Source: the human T2T-CHM13v2.0 reference genome, Homo sapiens. From it: a stretch of 64,000 nucleotides of DNA. The stretch lies in NCBI RefSeq assembly GCF_009914755.1, contig NC_060946.1, one strand, 5' to 3'. A program made the translations under genes and the position numbers. Within the stretch, counting starts at the first letter, position 1. Each line of letters starts with the position of its first letter. The notes below the pieces were generated by a model that made no database searches, was not told the DNA's origin, and was given only the letters and a program-made list of their open reading frames with translations. Shown here piece by piece: positions 34,127-47,222 of the stretch.

Positions 34127-35592
34127 TTATTAGGAATGTTTTTGGTTTTCCTGGTTATCAGCTCTCAGAGAGACCCCATGCCTGCTCACATGAAGCCAGA
34201 GTTTACAGGAGAGAAAATATTTCCATCCCCCAACCCCTGCCGCTGTATGCCCTTGTCTGGCTGGCCCTGGGGAGGACACATCACCCTTTTGTGGGAGGTC
34301 TCCTGCCTTGTTAAGGTGACTGAGCCTCTCACCCTTGCAGCCCCCCACCTCGTTACTGCACATTGTCCAGACACTGACCGCTTGGTTATTTGACTATGAT
34401 GTATACTACTAGCTTTAAAATGGGAAATGGGGAACAATAGGAAGAAACTGGGTATGAGAAACTGACATGCAATTCCAAGAAGAGGCTCTCTCTCGGGCCA
34501 CCAGCTTCTTTCCAGTTGTGGCCAGGGTGGCCATGTCATCCATAGTTTTTGATTCTGTGCTCAGGGATGGCGCTGACCAATGTGGAATCCTGCATATTTG
34601 GGAGGCTGGTTTAGGGTCCTTCAACAGGGTACCTCATTGTACCAACCCAAGGGTAACCCTTCTCAGTGCAGTCTATGTAAATGGTATCCCTGGGAGCCCA
34701 TTACCATTTATGGTACAGTGTCGTGAATGGTGCCTACTGGAGGTGAACCCTGCAGCAGCCCTGGATTTCAGTCTGTTAAGGGCAAATCTGTCAGGGCTTT
34801 GATGTGAAGATAGGAGTTTTAGGTACAGAGTAACTAATAGTCAAATCTGCTCTTCATCAAGCATTTATCTAGCACCAGCTGTTGGCCAGGGGTTTGGACT
34901 AGAAACTGGGGTGGTGGGAGCAATGACACCTCCAAGGTCACTTTCATGGGTGGGACTTCTGAATTCATTTTGTGAATCTGAGTGTGTCCGTTAGGCACAA
35001 ATAGCCATTTCACAGGTGGTCCCAGCTATAGCAGGAATGGTTCCCAGAAGGGCCCTGGGTACAGGGCCAGGCAAGTGGCAGGCGTTCGGCAAGTGTCTGT
35101 TGAATAGGTGAGGGAAGTGCATGTCATTGAATGGGTTTTCTAGGAGGATCCTGACCTCTTCTAGCTCGCCTGACTGCTTAACATTTGAGCTTTTCGGGTC
35201 ACAACCCCCAAAGTTGTTTGCATGCACTGAAGCACCAGTGTGGGACGTGTTGGTGCTACAGCAAGGAACTAGGGCACTGTGCCTGGCATCTGGTACATAG
35301 TAAGTGCACAGGCTTGTCTTCCGGAGGGGACAGGGCATGGCCCCAGCCCAGTGATGTACTCCTGGACTGCAAAGGGCAGTGATTAGGGCGTCATCCACGC
35401 ATGGCCTGACTGTCCCAATGCTGTGGGGACCAGGCAGACACCCTCTGATACCCACCACGTGAGCAGGATGATTAAGAATCCCTGCAGTTTGCAGGGATTC
35501 TTACGTTTCCAACCCTAGATTTTCACGGCAGACAAAATCAACCCACGTGGATGTCTCCCTGCAGTGATGGGTGGCCCTTCAACATTGATAAG

Positions 35593-36619
35593 ACATGTTC
35601 CCAGTAACTGCATCCAGGTCTGTTATTCCTTCCTTCCTTCTTACCTACCTACCTACCTAGAGTCACTCTGTCACCCAGGCTGGAGTGCACTGGTACGATC
35701 TCAGCTCACTGCAAGCTCTGCCTCCTGGGTTCACGTTATGTTAATTTCAAACATGGGGGAAATCTGTAAATTCACTTCTGAAGGCTCTTCTGTTGATGGG
35801 GACCAGTACAGCCAAGTTGAAAAATTAAAATAAGCCAATTAAAAAATTTTACAAGTCTGCACCTCCAGGAACCCCATGTCCTTGAATGGCACAGTCTCTG
35901 ATAGACACGGTGATTGCGAAGGCAGCCACGCCAGTGGAGGGGCCTGGGTGTGGACAGCGGCTAGAGGGATGTAAAGGGCCTGGCGCCACCAGGCTGGAAT
36001 CCTGACCTGACCTGGACAGCGGCCTGTCGGGGAGTCAGTGTCAGGCTCAGCCACACCCACAGCCCTGGTCTGTTTGACATGACCTGAAGAGAGCTTTTGG
36101 GATGACGGTTAACTGGAAACCATCTCCTGGCCAAAGAAGCCTGTTAACCCCCATTCCTGGCTGTGTTTCCCCTGACATTCCCAAGTCCTTCTCTTCAGCT
36201 CTGGGACACATTTGAATCTTTCTGATGATGAGGGGAGATGCCACCCACCCTGGGAACACTGTCAGCTGCCTACTTGCTGCTTTCTAGAGCATTGGAGACA
36301 GCAAGAGGGACCAGATCTACCTATGAAATCACATGTGTGTGAGGGCATGTGCTTGTGTGTCCATGCATGTGTGTGCATGCACAGCTGGGTGTGTGTGCAC
36401 CCATGTATGCATATGTATGCATGTGTGCATGTATGTACTTGTTTTCAATTAAGGCCTGTTGCACATGTTCCCAATAACTTCATCCAGGTCTGTTATTCCT
36501 TCCTTCCTTCTTACCTACCTACCTAGACAGTCTCACTCTGTCGCCCAGACTAGAGTGCAGTGGTATGATTTCAGCTCACTGCAAGCTCTGCCTCCTGGGT
36601 TCATGTTATGCTAATTTCA
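35593..36619 (+). repeat. Dispersed direct repeat of ~156 bp (35593-35749 and 36463-36619) containing a truncated Alu
   Basis: acatgttcccaRtaactKcatccaggtctgttattccttccttccttcttacctacc...gcaagctctgcctcctgggttcaYgttatgYtaatttca in both copies. Confidence 0.92.
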
Positions 36620-39600
36620 GCAATGGTTATGGTCAGCTGCTGGCCTGGCAGCTGGAGGGTACAGGTGAGGTGGGTGAGCAGGCTGCTTCTCTAGGTGCAG
36701 GGCATGTTCAGAGGCTAACATGAGGGCAGCGAGCCAGCGGGCACTACCAGCTATTGGTTCTGAATAGAGATTCCAAAACACACAATAATCACACCATACA
36801 CAGATGAGAGGGAAAGCATAAAACTGCTCGTGAATCACACACAGTTCCCAGTGAGAAACAGTCCTTACAAACGCGGTAGTTCTGCAAAGCAGCCTCGAAT
36901 GCAGATTCCTCTGTGGACATCTTATCCTCTTGTGTTTTTTTGTATTATTATTATTACAAATTACATGGTGATGGACAGAAGCTCACAGCAAAAAGTAAGA
37001 GTAGGCAGCTTAAAAAATCAGGTTGAGTTGCTAAAAACCGATAACTCTCGAAATCTATGCTTGAACTTGTCACTACCCTGCATCTTGTTTCTTAGGGACA
37101 CTCTACTCATTGAAGGACCTGCCAGCCATAACCACAGCAGGATGGGGACAGTGTTTATCACAATGACCTGGGGACCCACGGGGTTTTCAGGAGCCCTTGA
37201 CCCCACTGGGGGATTGAATACACACACACACCTGCTTTCCACACCGAGTGTTCACACCCAAGTGCACACTTCTCACCCCTCGGCTCCTCCATGAGACAGC
37301 AAGGGCCGTGACCCCCTGGCACCCCACCTCACACATTTGACAGATAAGAAGCAGAGGCTCTGAGAGGTTAAGTGGCTTGTGGGGGTGACCTGCGGGAAGG
37401 AGGGTGCTGTGGCTGGCTGCACTCTGCACCTGCCTTTGCTGCAAGCTATCTATACCATGTGTGCTGGGTCTCGGTGATCTCTGCTGAGGCCTCTTCCTTG
37501 CCACAGAATGTTCCAGTCCTCAGCCCAGCTGCCCAAGAGGGACTTGGCAGAGCAGCAGGACCACAAACCCCATGAGTTTTTCAGTTATTCCTGAAAAGAC
37601 CTCTGGGTGGCAGCGGGGTGGGGAGGGGGGAGGGAGGACGGGGGATGGGGGGTGGCAGAAGGAATGTCCTCCTAGAAGGTTGTAAATCTCAAGGGATGCT
37701 TACGTGAACTCCAGCTCTGTCTGTTTGGCAGTGACCTGTGACCTTAGGTGTCCAGGAGAGGGAGGCAAGGCCACCAGTTCCTTTTTGGCAGAGTAAGCAC
37801 CTATAGAGCATCATCCAGGACAGCAGGACATGAGGGTTGCAAACTCCTTAAATACCCATCTGACTCCTTCCTCTTACTGATGGGGAAACTGAGGGAACAG
37901 ACCTTGCCTGAGGTCCCGCTGCTCTCAGTGGCAGAGCTGATGTCAGAATCTGGGTCTTGGGCCCCCACCCCAAGGCTTCCTCTGCCTTCCAAGGCACTGC
38001 ACGTGGGACACAGCTGTGGCTGCCCCAGCTGGGCTAGCAGACAGGCTGTGCACCCCCTTATGGCAACATGGGCCTGGGGGGTGCCCTGGGATTGCTCATG
38101 TCAGGGGAGAGGAAGCCATGCCTTTCTCTAATTGAGACCCCCCAGCACAGGTTCTCCCACTTTGCCTCTGCCAAGCCATATGCCTGGACACTGGCAACAC
38201 TGCCTGGAGGAGACAGCTGGACCCAAAGACTGAGGCCAGGGGCCTGGGTCTTCCACAGCTGACCTGTGTGACCCTGGGCAAGCCACTTGACCCGGCTGAG
38301 TCTGTCTTCTCATCCATAAAATGGGGAGAGCCCCTTCTTCATGGGGCTGTTGAGAGGATGAAGAGCCAGGGAGAATGGAGGATGCTTTATGCCCTAGCAA
38401 GTTTGTTCTGCTTTTCCAAACGCAGGGCATTGTTTGCACAGTGTGACTCACAGTGGAGCCCAGGGCTGGGCACTCTTGCCCTCATCTCCTGCCTTCCCTC
38501 TGGGTCCCAGCCACCTGGCTTTCTTATGCTTCCTTGAAACCACCAAGCCTGTGCCTGCCACAGGGCCTTTGCACTAGCTGTTCCTTCTGCCTGGGATGCT
38601 CTTTTCCTATCTTTAACGCCCATTACTCGGTCCTGTGTGTCATTCAAATCTGGCCTTCAATCATCTGCTCAATAAGGCCTTCCCAGACCACCCCAGGTCC
38701 ACGAGGGTCTCACTCACTTGTCCCTCGAACTGAGTTCCCGGCAGAACACTCGCCGCCCTTGCCACCTTCACTGTATTCCCGCCCCAGCTAGAAAGCCAGC
38801 ACAGTGAGCAGGGACCTGCCTTGCTCACTGTTGTGTCTGGTGAATGGATGGGCAGTCAGTGTGAGAACACTAGGTCTGATGAAATGAGGAAACTGGGTCA
38901 GAGGACACACATGTTTATTAAGCAGGGCCTCCTGAGCTAAGAACTGGGGGAGATTTGGTATCACTAACACCCATGGAATGAGTGTGTCTACACTGGCAGC
39001 GTGGCCTTTGGAGATGTTTGTGATCATTTAGGTGATGGCATCCATCTCATAGGTGCCCCGGGGCAGGAGTGGAGGTGATTAGCTCTGTGGGTGGATGTTA
39101 CGGGCATCTAGGCTTATGTGGAAGTCCCAATTCAAAGCGGGTGGATTTCTAGAACCCTCCTCTCTGGGTTTCCATAGCCTCGTTACCCTGCCCAGCAAAG
39201 ATCCATGTGTCTGTGTCTCCCACCAGATGGGAGGCTCCCCAGGGGCAGAGATGAGGTCTGACTCATCTTCTGTCCCCATCACTGCCCAGCATGGGGCCTG
39301 GCGCACAGCAGGTGCTTAGCCAGAATGTGCTGAGTGGATCAGCGCTCTCGGCGGTGATGGTGGAGAACTCAGGGCGACAGCCTGTGGAGGCATCAAGGAG
39401 ATGCTCCTGGCATTGTGCAAGGTGTGCCCTGGCTGGGGATCACGTCATGTCCAGGGAGTTGGAGCCTGGACTTTGGGTTCCTGCACCCCTGAGGTCAAAC
39501 GAGGGGTTGGTCTCCTCCTGGCCATGTGGCGCCTGGGCACCCCCCTTCCCCACTGTGAGCTTTTTCTGCAGCTTTTTCTGCAGGGGGTTAATCATACCTG

Positions 39601-39915
39601 CCTCCCACGTGGTGAGAGGGAGAGTGCATGAAAACACTTAACTTGGTACCTGCCCTGTGGTCAGCCTGAGATGCGTCCCTGAGTATTTTTGTTACAGGAA
39701 TGAATTCTGTAAGAACCAACCCTGACTGGCATTTTCAAATCCCCAGTGCTCCCTGAGACACAGAGGGGCTGTACCCTGTGCTTAGCAAGAAGCTTGCAGC
39801 CTGAACATTGACACGGATGAGAACCCCCAGCCAGAAGGTAACCCGCGCCCATCAGAGAACTTGAGGGGGGAAGCCCCAATAAAAACCAACCAACCAAACA
39901 AGAACACCCCAAATC

Positions 39916-39952
39916 ACACGCGCACGCACACACACACACACACACACGCACA
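39916..39952 (+). repeat. (CA)n microsatellite
   Basis: cacgcgcacgcacacacacacacacacacacgcaca. Confidence 0.9.
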
Positions 39953-40813
39953 TTCAATATTCTGACACAAATAGCCCCAAGGGGCCGCTATTGGAGGGAG
40001 CAGGGGCAAGGGAAGCTTCGGTTTTCAACCACAGGTATAACTCACAGGCCTCAATCCTCCTGGCTGGAATCAGCCAGAGTTGCTTTGTCTTGGTCATCCT
40101 GAGGCCACAATGAGTCACCTCTCAGAAGCCACCAGCCCAAAACAGGACTATCGCTTGTGGACAGGTGGCTCAGAATCCCCTCCCCTGCACCCCCAGCCCC
40201 TACCCCTGAGTTTGCTCGTAATCTTAGAAGTCCGCAGAAGGGGGCTTTGGGCACAGGCAGCATTTCCTTCTCTACCACCTCGGCTGTCCCTGGCATCTCT
40301 GTAGAAGTTGTCCTTCTCGGAGGCTGCACTGGGTATTTCAGATCTCATCTCCCCCATCCTGAGGCACAGCAAAAGGGTTTTCTGGAGGAAATACAAGGAA
40401 AAAAAATATCACATGGTGTCTCCTCAATGGGGACTCACTGGGGACATTTCTCTCTGGCCTCAGTGCCAGAAGAATCCAGGTTTCCTCTGAACACATGGGT
40501 TTTGTCTTCTGAACGTTGTGAACCATGTGACTTTAAGACTGGAAGCGAGACAAAAATGTCGCTATCATTATAGCTCCATATAGTACTAGAGCTCTGGCTC
40601 ATGCAATAAGGCAAGAAAAAAAAGCATAGACTAGGACTGGAATAGAAGAACCAAAATTACAGTTAATTGTGGATAACTTACATAGAAAATTTAATAGAAT
40701 CAACAGGTTAATTAGTAGAATGGAGAGTGCATACATAGAGGTATAATAGTCAACCTGTAAGACATCAGATCAATTTATAAAATGCAACAGTGTGCATTGA
40801 CCTCAGCAGTTAC

Positions 40814-40944
40814 TAGGGTAATTATATGTCATGGCTTGGGACAGTCTCAGTTGACACTTGTTGTTCTGACATAATTTTTAATGTTGTTCCCCTTTTACCC
40901 TCAAAAGTATTCTGATTTGGATGATAAATTATACTGTCACCCTT
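40814..40944 (+). mobile_element. MER94-like hAT-Blackjack MITE
   Basis: tagggtaattatatgtc...gatgataaattatactgtcaccct, with degenerate terminal inverted repeats. Confidence 0.7.
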
Positions 40945-41779
40945 GCTATAACAAACTAAATATTAAACACAGATACAGATACCATTCATACTGACAAAAA
41001 CGATCCTGTATTTTGGAATGACACTAAGATATGACCATGACCATGTCATACAAAGCTATAGAGAAGATACCAAGATGCTCCTGGAATAGGGAAGAGCCAG
41101 GAGAGCAGTGGAACAAGATCTACAGTGTGGAAACAGGTCTGCTGGGCACTTATAGCTTTGAATGGCAGAGTCAAGTTGCAAACAAGACAATGAGGAAAAG
41201 AAATACAAACTCCATCTGTGGCAGGCAGCATGAACCCCACTGCCCTGTGTCTATTACAAGAGCAATTGCCCAGCCACAACTACTTACCTTCCCAGACTCC
41301 CTTGCAAGCAGGGGTGGTCACATGACCCAGTCTGGCCAATGTCATGTAAGTGGGAGTCTATTGGGAAGGGGACATAAATCCAGGGGAAGATGAACTATCT
41401 TGCATGCATGAGAATGAAGGATGCTCACTAACACAGGTGGAGTAGAAGGCAGGGAGAAACTGGGTTCTGGTGGCAGCCCTGGACTGCCCCCTCCACACCA
41501 CTGCAGTCAAATTTCCTTTACTTGCATAAATTGCAACTGGTGACAGTTCTTAACTGATAAACCATCTTCAACCAAACTACATGTTTTTTGGGCAAATGGA
41601 GAAGTCAAGGGAGTGGCTCCGACAAAGCCAGCAAAGCCCACCTCCCCAGAGTGAGAGATACGCCAAGAAGGAGAACCTACTCTCCACTCTTTGCATCAGT
41701 GGGAATGTGTACAGGGGCTAAGGGTGAGAGATTCCGTGGGGCCATCTCCTCAGCTTCACAGAACAAAGCCAGGTACTCT

Positions 41780-42000
41780 CCATCACCGACTTTTTTTTCT
41801 CCATAGCACACACCTCTATCCAGCATACCACCTATTGTACTTACTTGAATAATTTATTGTTTGTCTTCCCCACATAGAAAGTTAGCTACAAGAGGGTTAA
41901 GGTGATTGTGTGTTTTACACATTGCTGCATTGCCAGGGCCTAGGACAGTAACTGGCATACTGTAGGGGCTTAATAATGTTTATCAAATAAATGAATGAAC
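41780..42000 (+). mobile_element. L2 3' end
   Basis: cctaggacagtaactggcatactgtaggggcttaataatgtttatcaaataaatgaatgaa. Confidence 0.7.
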
Positions 42001-42213
42001 CAAGAATTTAAAGCCCAATGAACCATCTTTCAAATATAAAGTCAACAGAAAAACATGTTGAACATATTTTTGAATTATAGTTCCCATGACCCCTTCTTAA
42101 AAAAATTAAGGACACCCTTAGGCAAATCAAGAATGATTCAGAAAAGTTTAATGTAAAAGGATGGGCAGATGATTTTTTTAAAAGTTCTGTGGATAGATGG
42201 CAGTGATGGCTGC

Positions 42214-42579
42214 TGTATTAATCCATTTTCATGCTGCTGATAAAGACATACCCAAGCAATTTACAAAAGAAAGAGGCTTAACTGGACTTACAGTTCCACA
42301 TGGCTGGGGAGGCCTCACAATCATGGTGAAAGGCAAGGAGGAGCAAGTCACGTCTTATGTGGATGGTGGCAGGCAAAGGGACAGAGAGAGCGAGCGAGCT
42401 TGTGCAGGAAAATTCCCATCAGACCTCATGAAATTTATTCACTATCATGAAAACAGCATGGGAAAGACTTGCCCCCATGATTCAATTACCTCCCACTGGG
42501 TTCCTCCCATGACACATGGGAATTGTGGGAGTTACAATTCAAGATGAGCTTTGGGTACGGCCACAGCCAAACCATATCA
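42214..42579 (-). mobile_element. THE1B-like solo LTR
   Basis: tgtattaatccattttcatgctgctgataaagacatacc...cacagccaaaccatatca; TSD gctgc/gttgc. Confidence 0.9.
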
Positions 42580-43447
42580 GTTGCCCTACAGTGAGAAGGT
42601 ACTTAATGCCCCTGAACTGTATACTTAAAAATGGTTAAAATGGTTATATGTTATGTGCATTCTACCACAATTCATAAAAAGGATGAGCAGAAGCATAACA
42701 AATGCAAATGAAGAGAAATCAGGGGTCAAGTTGTAAATGGAGCACTGCCAAGAGTGCCAGCAATGAGCACAGAATTTGTGTAACTGCAGGACTATTAAAG
42801 CCAATCTAAAGATTATGACCATCACAGAGAAGAACGAAACAAAACAGAGAACTGGCATAAATAATAAAAAGTAGGAGGGGTGGAGGTGAGAAGGAGAGAG
42901 GTAATACAAGTAAACTATGTCATATTCATATATAGTTGGAGGTCTAAATTATTGCTTAGAAGTCTAAGTAAAATTAGAGGCATCAAGGTAAACAAAAAAT
43001 AATCAACTAAAATAACTTGATGGAAGGGAGACAAGAAGAGGGAAAGTAGAAATATTCTAATTTTGATATTGTTCACAGTAGGGAGAAAATAAGCGCTGTC
43101 TAGAGAAATAAAAGGATTAAAGATATCATGTCATATTATAATTATGAAGATAACCATGGGATCAAAAACGCAGCTTTCCAAATTATCAGAAGACATACAC
43201 ACAGAAAATAAAACAAAGACAACAGAGACCGTATGGTGAAAACTGACAACCCCCACAAAACTATAAAAGCAGAAAGCCTATCAAACAATGATGACAGAAC
43301 TAAGACCAAATGCATCTGCCATATCTGTAAATGTTAGTGAGCCATACACACTTGCTTAAAAAAAAAAAAAAAAAAAAAGACTGGATCACAAACAAGGGCA
43401 CTGAAGGTAGAATGATTCAGCAAGGTTTCATAGAAAAGGATGGGCAG

Positions 43448-43687
43448 GGCCGGGCATGGTGGCTCACACCTGTAATCTCAGCACTTTGGGAGGCCAAGGC
43501 AGGTAGATCACGAGGTCAGGAGTTCAAGACCAGCCTGGCCAACATGATGAAATCCCGTCTCTACTAAAAATACAAATAAATTAGCCAGGCATGGTGGTGG
43601 GTGCATGCAGTCCCAGCTACTCGGGAGGCTGAAGCAGGAGAATCGCTTGAACCCAGGAGACTCTGTCTGAAAAAAAAAAAAAAAAAA
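43448..43687 (+). mobile_element. AluSg-like SINE with a right-arm deletion
   Basis: gaacccaggag|actctgtct deletion; gggcag on both flanks. Confidence 0.88.
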
Positions 43688-44090
43688 GGGCAGATGATTT
43701 TTATAAAGTTCTGCAGGTGGATGATGGTGATGGTTGCACTACAGTGAGAAGTACTTAATACCCCTGAACTGTATACTTTAAAAATAGTTAAAATGGTAAA
43801 TGTTATGTGCATTTTACCATAATTTTAAAAAAAGGATGAGCAGAAGCGTAACAAACAAATGCAAATGAAGCTAAATCAGGGGTCATAATCTTAATATCAG
43901 ACAAAGCTGAAGTCAGGGCAAAACATATTGAATGAGAAAAAAGAAGGGCACTGTGTGAGGGTGAAGGATGAGAGTCACCATGAAGATCTAACAGTAATGA
44001 ATGTTCATGTACCAAATAGCATAGCCTCAATATTCATAGAGCAAGACTGGAAATTTAGGGAGAAAAAGCAGAGTATGCTAGCATTAGTGC

Positions 44091-44410
<320 letters not shown>

Positions 44411-44493
44411 TAATTCACCTTTCTCAATCCATTCCATAGGCAGTTGGCAAAAACAAAAGTAAGGAGATAGGGAGCCAAATAATCTAATTAACA

Positions 44494-44498
<5 letters not shown>

Positions 44499-44540
<42 letters not shown>
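44499..44540 (+). repeat. Perfect (GT)21 microsatellite
   Basis: Uninterrupted GT run. Confidence 0.95.
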
Positions 44541-44544
<4 letters not shown>

Positions 44545-45024
44545 CACAGTCTACCTTCATTCTATTCAAATGCTCTTGAAAGTGCATACACAAAAGTGAC
44601 TATCAGGCCACAAAGAAAGTAAATTCCAAAAAATAGAAAAAAGACAACATTCTCTGATCACAATATACTAGAATTTGAAAATACTAATAATGAAACCACA
44701 GACCAAACCAAACTTTGCCACCAAGAAGTCTATAAACACTTAAATAAACTTGAGTTACAGACAGCAAAAAATAAAAACTGCAGAATATCTAGACTATAAC
44801 AAAATATATATTTAAGGACCTGTGGGATGCAGACGAGCCAATGCTAAGAGGAACATATATAGCCTTAAATCACTGATCTTATTAATAAATTAGAAAGCAT
44901 GAATTGCCCAACTCAAAAAGAAAAGAAAGACAAACCTAAGAAAGACATACAATAGCAATAAATAGATGAAAACAGAAATGGAGTTAACAGCAGAAGAAAG
45001 GAACTCATAAATAACTCCATGTTC

Positions 45025-45342
45025 TTTTTTTAATTTTTAAATTATTTTATTTTTTTAGAGACAGGCTCTTGCTCTGTCACCCTAGCTGGAGTGCAATGGT
45101 GCAATCATAGTTCCCTGCAACCTCAAACTCCTGGGCTCAAGTGATTCCCCTGCCCCTGCCTCCTGTGTAGCTAAGACTACAGGTGTGCACCACTACACCC
45201 AGCTAATTAAATAAAAATTCTTTGTAGGGATGGGGTCTTGCTGTTTTGCCCAGGCTGATCTTGATCTCCTGGCCTCAAGCAATCCCCCTGCCTTGGCCTC
45301 CCAAAATGCTGGAATTACAGGCATGAGCCACCATCCCTGGCC
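45025..45342 (-). mobile_element. AluJ SINE
   Basis: J-type ctcctgggctcaagtgat and ggcctcaagcaatcc motifs. Confidence 0.88.
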
Positions 45343-45529
45343 CCAACTACTTGTTCTTTGAAAAATAGTGAGACATGTTCCTGCTGGGGAATCTAATGAA
45401 GCAGGAGATATAATACATAGAAGGTGGAGGTGACTGCTTGGAAGGATTCTCTGCACTTTTGCTCTCCAGTTTCACTTCTCACCATCCCTTAGCCCCTCCC
45501 AACAGGCTTTTCTTCCAACTTCTCTGCAG

Positions 45530-46380
45530 AATTTGCCCTTGTCAAGGTCACCAAAGACCTCCATGTTAATAAACCCAGTAGTCAATTCTCAGTCCCCCTT
45601 TCACTCATCCTCACAGCAGCATTGACTCAAGTGATCACTCCACCTGCTTCCAGGACACTGCACTCCCCTCTCCTGGTCCTCCTCCTCCTCCCACTGCTCC
45701 TGCTCCAGCCCCTTGTTGGTCCGTCCACATCTTCCTGACCTCCTCTTCACTCTTTCTACTCACTCATGGACCTCATCTCTTCCCAAGGATTTAAACAGCA
45801 TATGTTGATTTTTTTTTTTTTTGAGATGGAGCTGGAATTTCACTCTGTCACCCAGGCTGGAGATACGCTGATGACTTTTGAGCCTCAAACTCTCATCTAA
45901 ACTCCATTCTGATGGCCAACGTGTCTACTCGATGTCACCAAATTGATATTTAATAGACACCTCAAACTTAATATATCCCAAACGAAAATCCCAACCTTCC
46001 TCCCCCATCTAGCTTTTCCCACAATTTTTCTGACCTCAGGAAATACAACTCCATCCTGTCAGTTGCTCTCCTCAGAGGCCTGGAGTCATCTTTGACCCCT
46101 CTTTTCCTCTCACACTCCACATCCAACCCAGGAGCAAATCCCATTGGCCCTTCCTTTGGAATCTCAACAAGCCTTACACTTCCTGCTGCCTCCACCACTC
46201 CTACTGTGGTCCACACTAGCAGGATTCTTGCAGTGGGTGTCTGCGCTGGTCAGCCCCTTCCATCTGCTCTCAACACAGCAGTCAGAGGAGCCCTGTGAAA
46301 ACCTAAGTCCAATTATGCCACCCCTTTCCTCAAAACCCTCAGTGGCTCCCAGATTCACTAAGAGTAGAAGCTAAAGCCCT
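45530..46380 (+). mobile_element. L2 remnant with a ~55-bp 5'-truncated Alu (45808-45862)
   Basis: gtcaaggtcaccaaagacctcc and cacctcaaacttaatatatcccaaacgaa (LKLN..KT); the Alu stub is flanked by atatgttgat/atacgctgat. Confidence 0.75.
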
Positions 46381-46444
46381 TCCCACCCCATCACCTCCCT
46401 GTCCTATTCCTCACTCTTTTCCTTTTCATTCTCTCCACTCCAAC

Positions 46445-47222
46445 GGTAATGGTTTGTTTAGTGTCAATTTGACTGGGCCACAGGGTGCCCTGATATTTGG
46501 TGAGATATTTTTCTGGGTGTGTTGTGAAGGTGTTTCATGATGAGAGGAACATGTGACCTGGCAGATGGAGGAAAACAGTGTCCTCCCCTGTGCAGGTGGC
46601 CTCATCCAACCTGCTGGAGACCTAAACAGAACCAACAAGTAAGGGGGAATTCACACTCTCTGCCTGCCTTTAAGTGGGGACATCGTTCTTCTCCTCCCTT
46701 TAGACTCAGGGTGGGACTGAAATTCACACCATTGGCTCTCCTGGGTCTCAGGCCCTTGACTCATAGTGGAACTCATGCCATCAGCTCTCCTGGGTCTCAG
46801 GTCCTCGACTCACACTGGAACTCACACCATGGGTTCTCCTGGGACTCAGGCCCTCGACCACACTGGAACTCACACCATCAGCTCTCTTGGGTCTCAGGCC
46901 ATCGACTCACACTGGAACTCACACCATCAGCTCTTCTGGGTCTCAGACCCTCAAATCAAACAGGAACTCACACCATCAGCTCTCCTGGGTCTCAGACCTT
47001 CAAATCAAACTGGAACTCTCACCATTGGCTCTCCTGGGTCTCAGGCCCTCGACTGACACTGGAACTCACATCATCAGCTCTTTTGGGTCCCCAGCTTGCT
47101 AACTGCAGACCTTTGGATTCCTCAACCTGCATAGCTGCAGGAGCCAATTCCCTACAGTGTGTGTCTTCATATGTGTCTATATGCGATTGGTTCTGTTCCT
47201 CTGGAGCACACTGACTAATACA
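46445..47222 (+). mobile_element. MLT2 (ERVL) solo LTR
   Basis: gtgtcaatttgactgggccacagggtgccctgatatttgg...ttggttctgttcctctggagcacactgactaataca. Confidence 0.85.
46719..47092 (+). repeat. 49-bp minisatellite, about 7.6 copies, inside the MLT2 LTR
   Basis: Unit gaactcacaccatcagctctcctgggtctcaggccctcgactcacactg. Confidence 0.9.

Noticed and set aside
34130-34810. Possible retroviral or coding remnant in unique-looking sequence
   Set aside because: I could not recognise a motif or family; it needs a Dfam/BLASTx search.
46719-47092. CRISPR-like array
   Set aside because: Units are head-to-tail with no unique spacers, lie inside an MLT2 LTR, and the DNA is primate with no cas genes.
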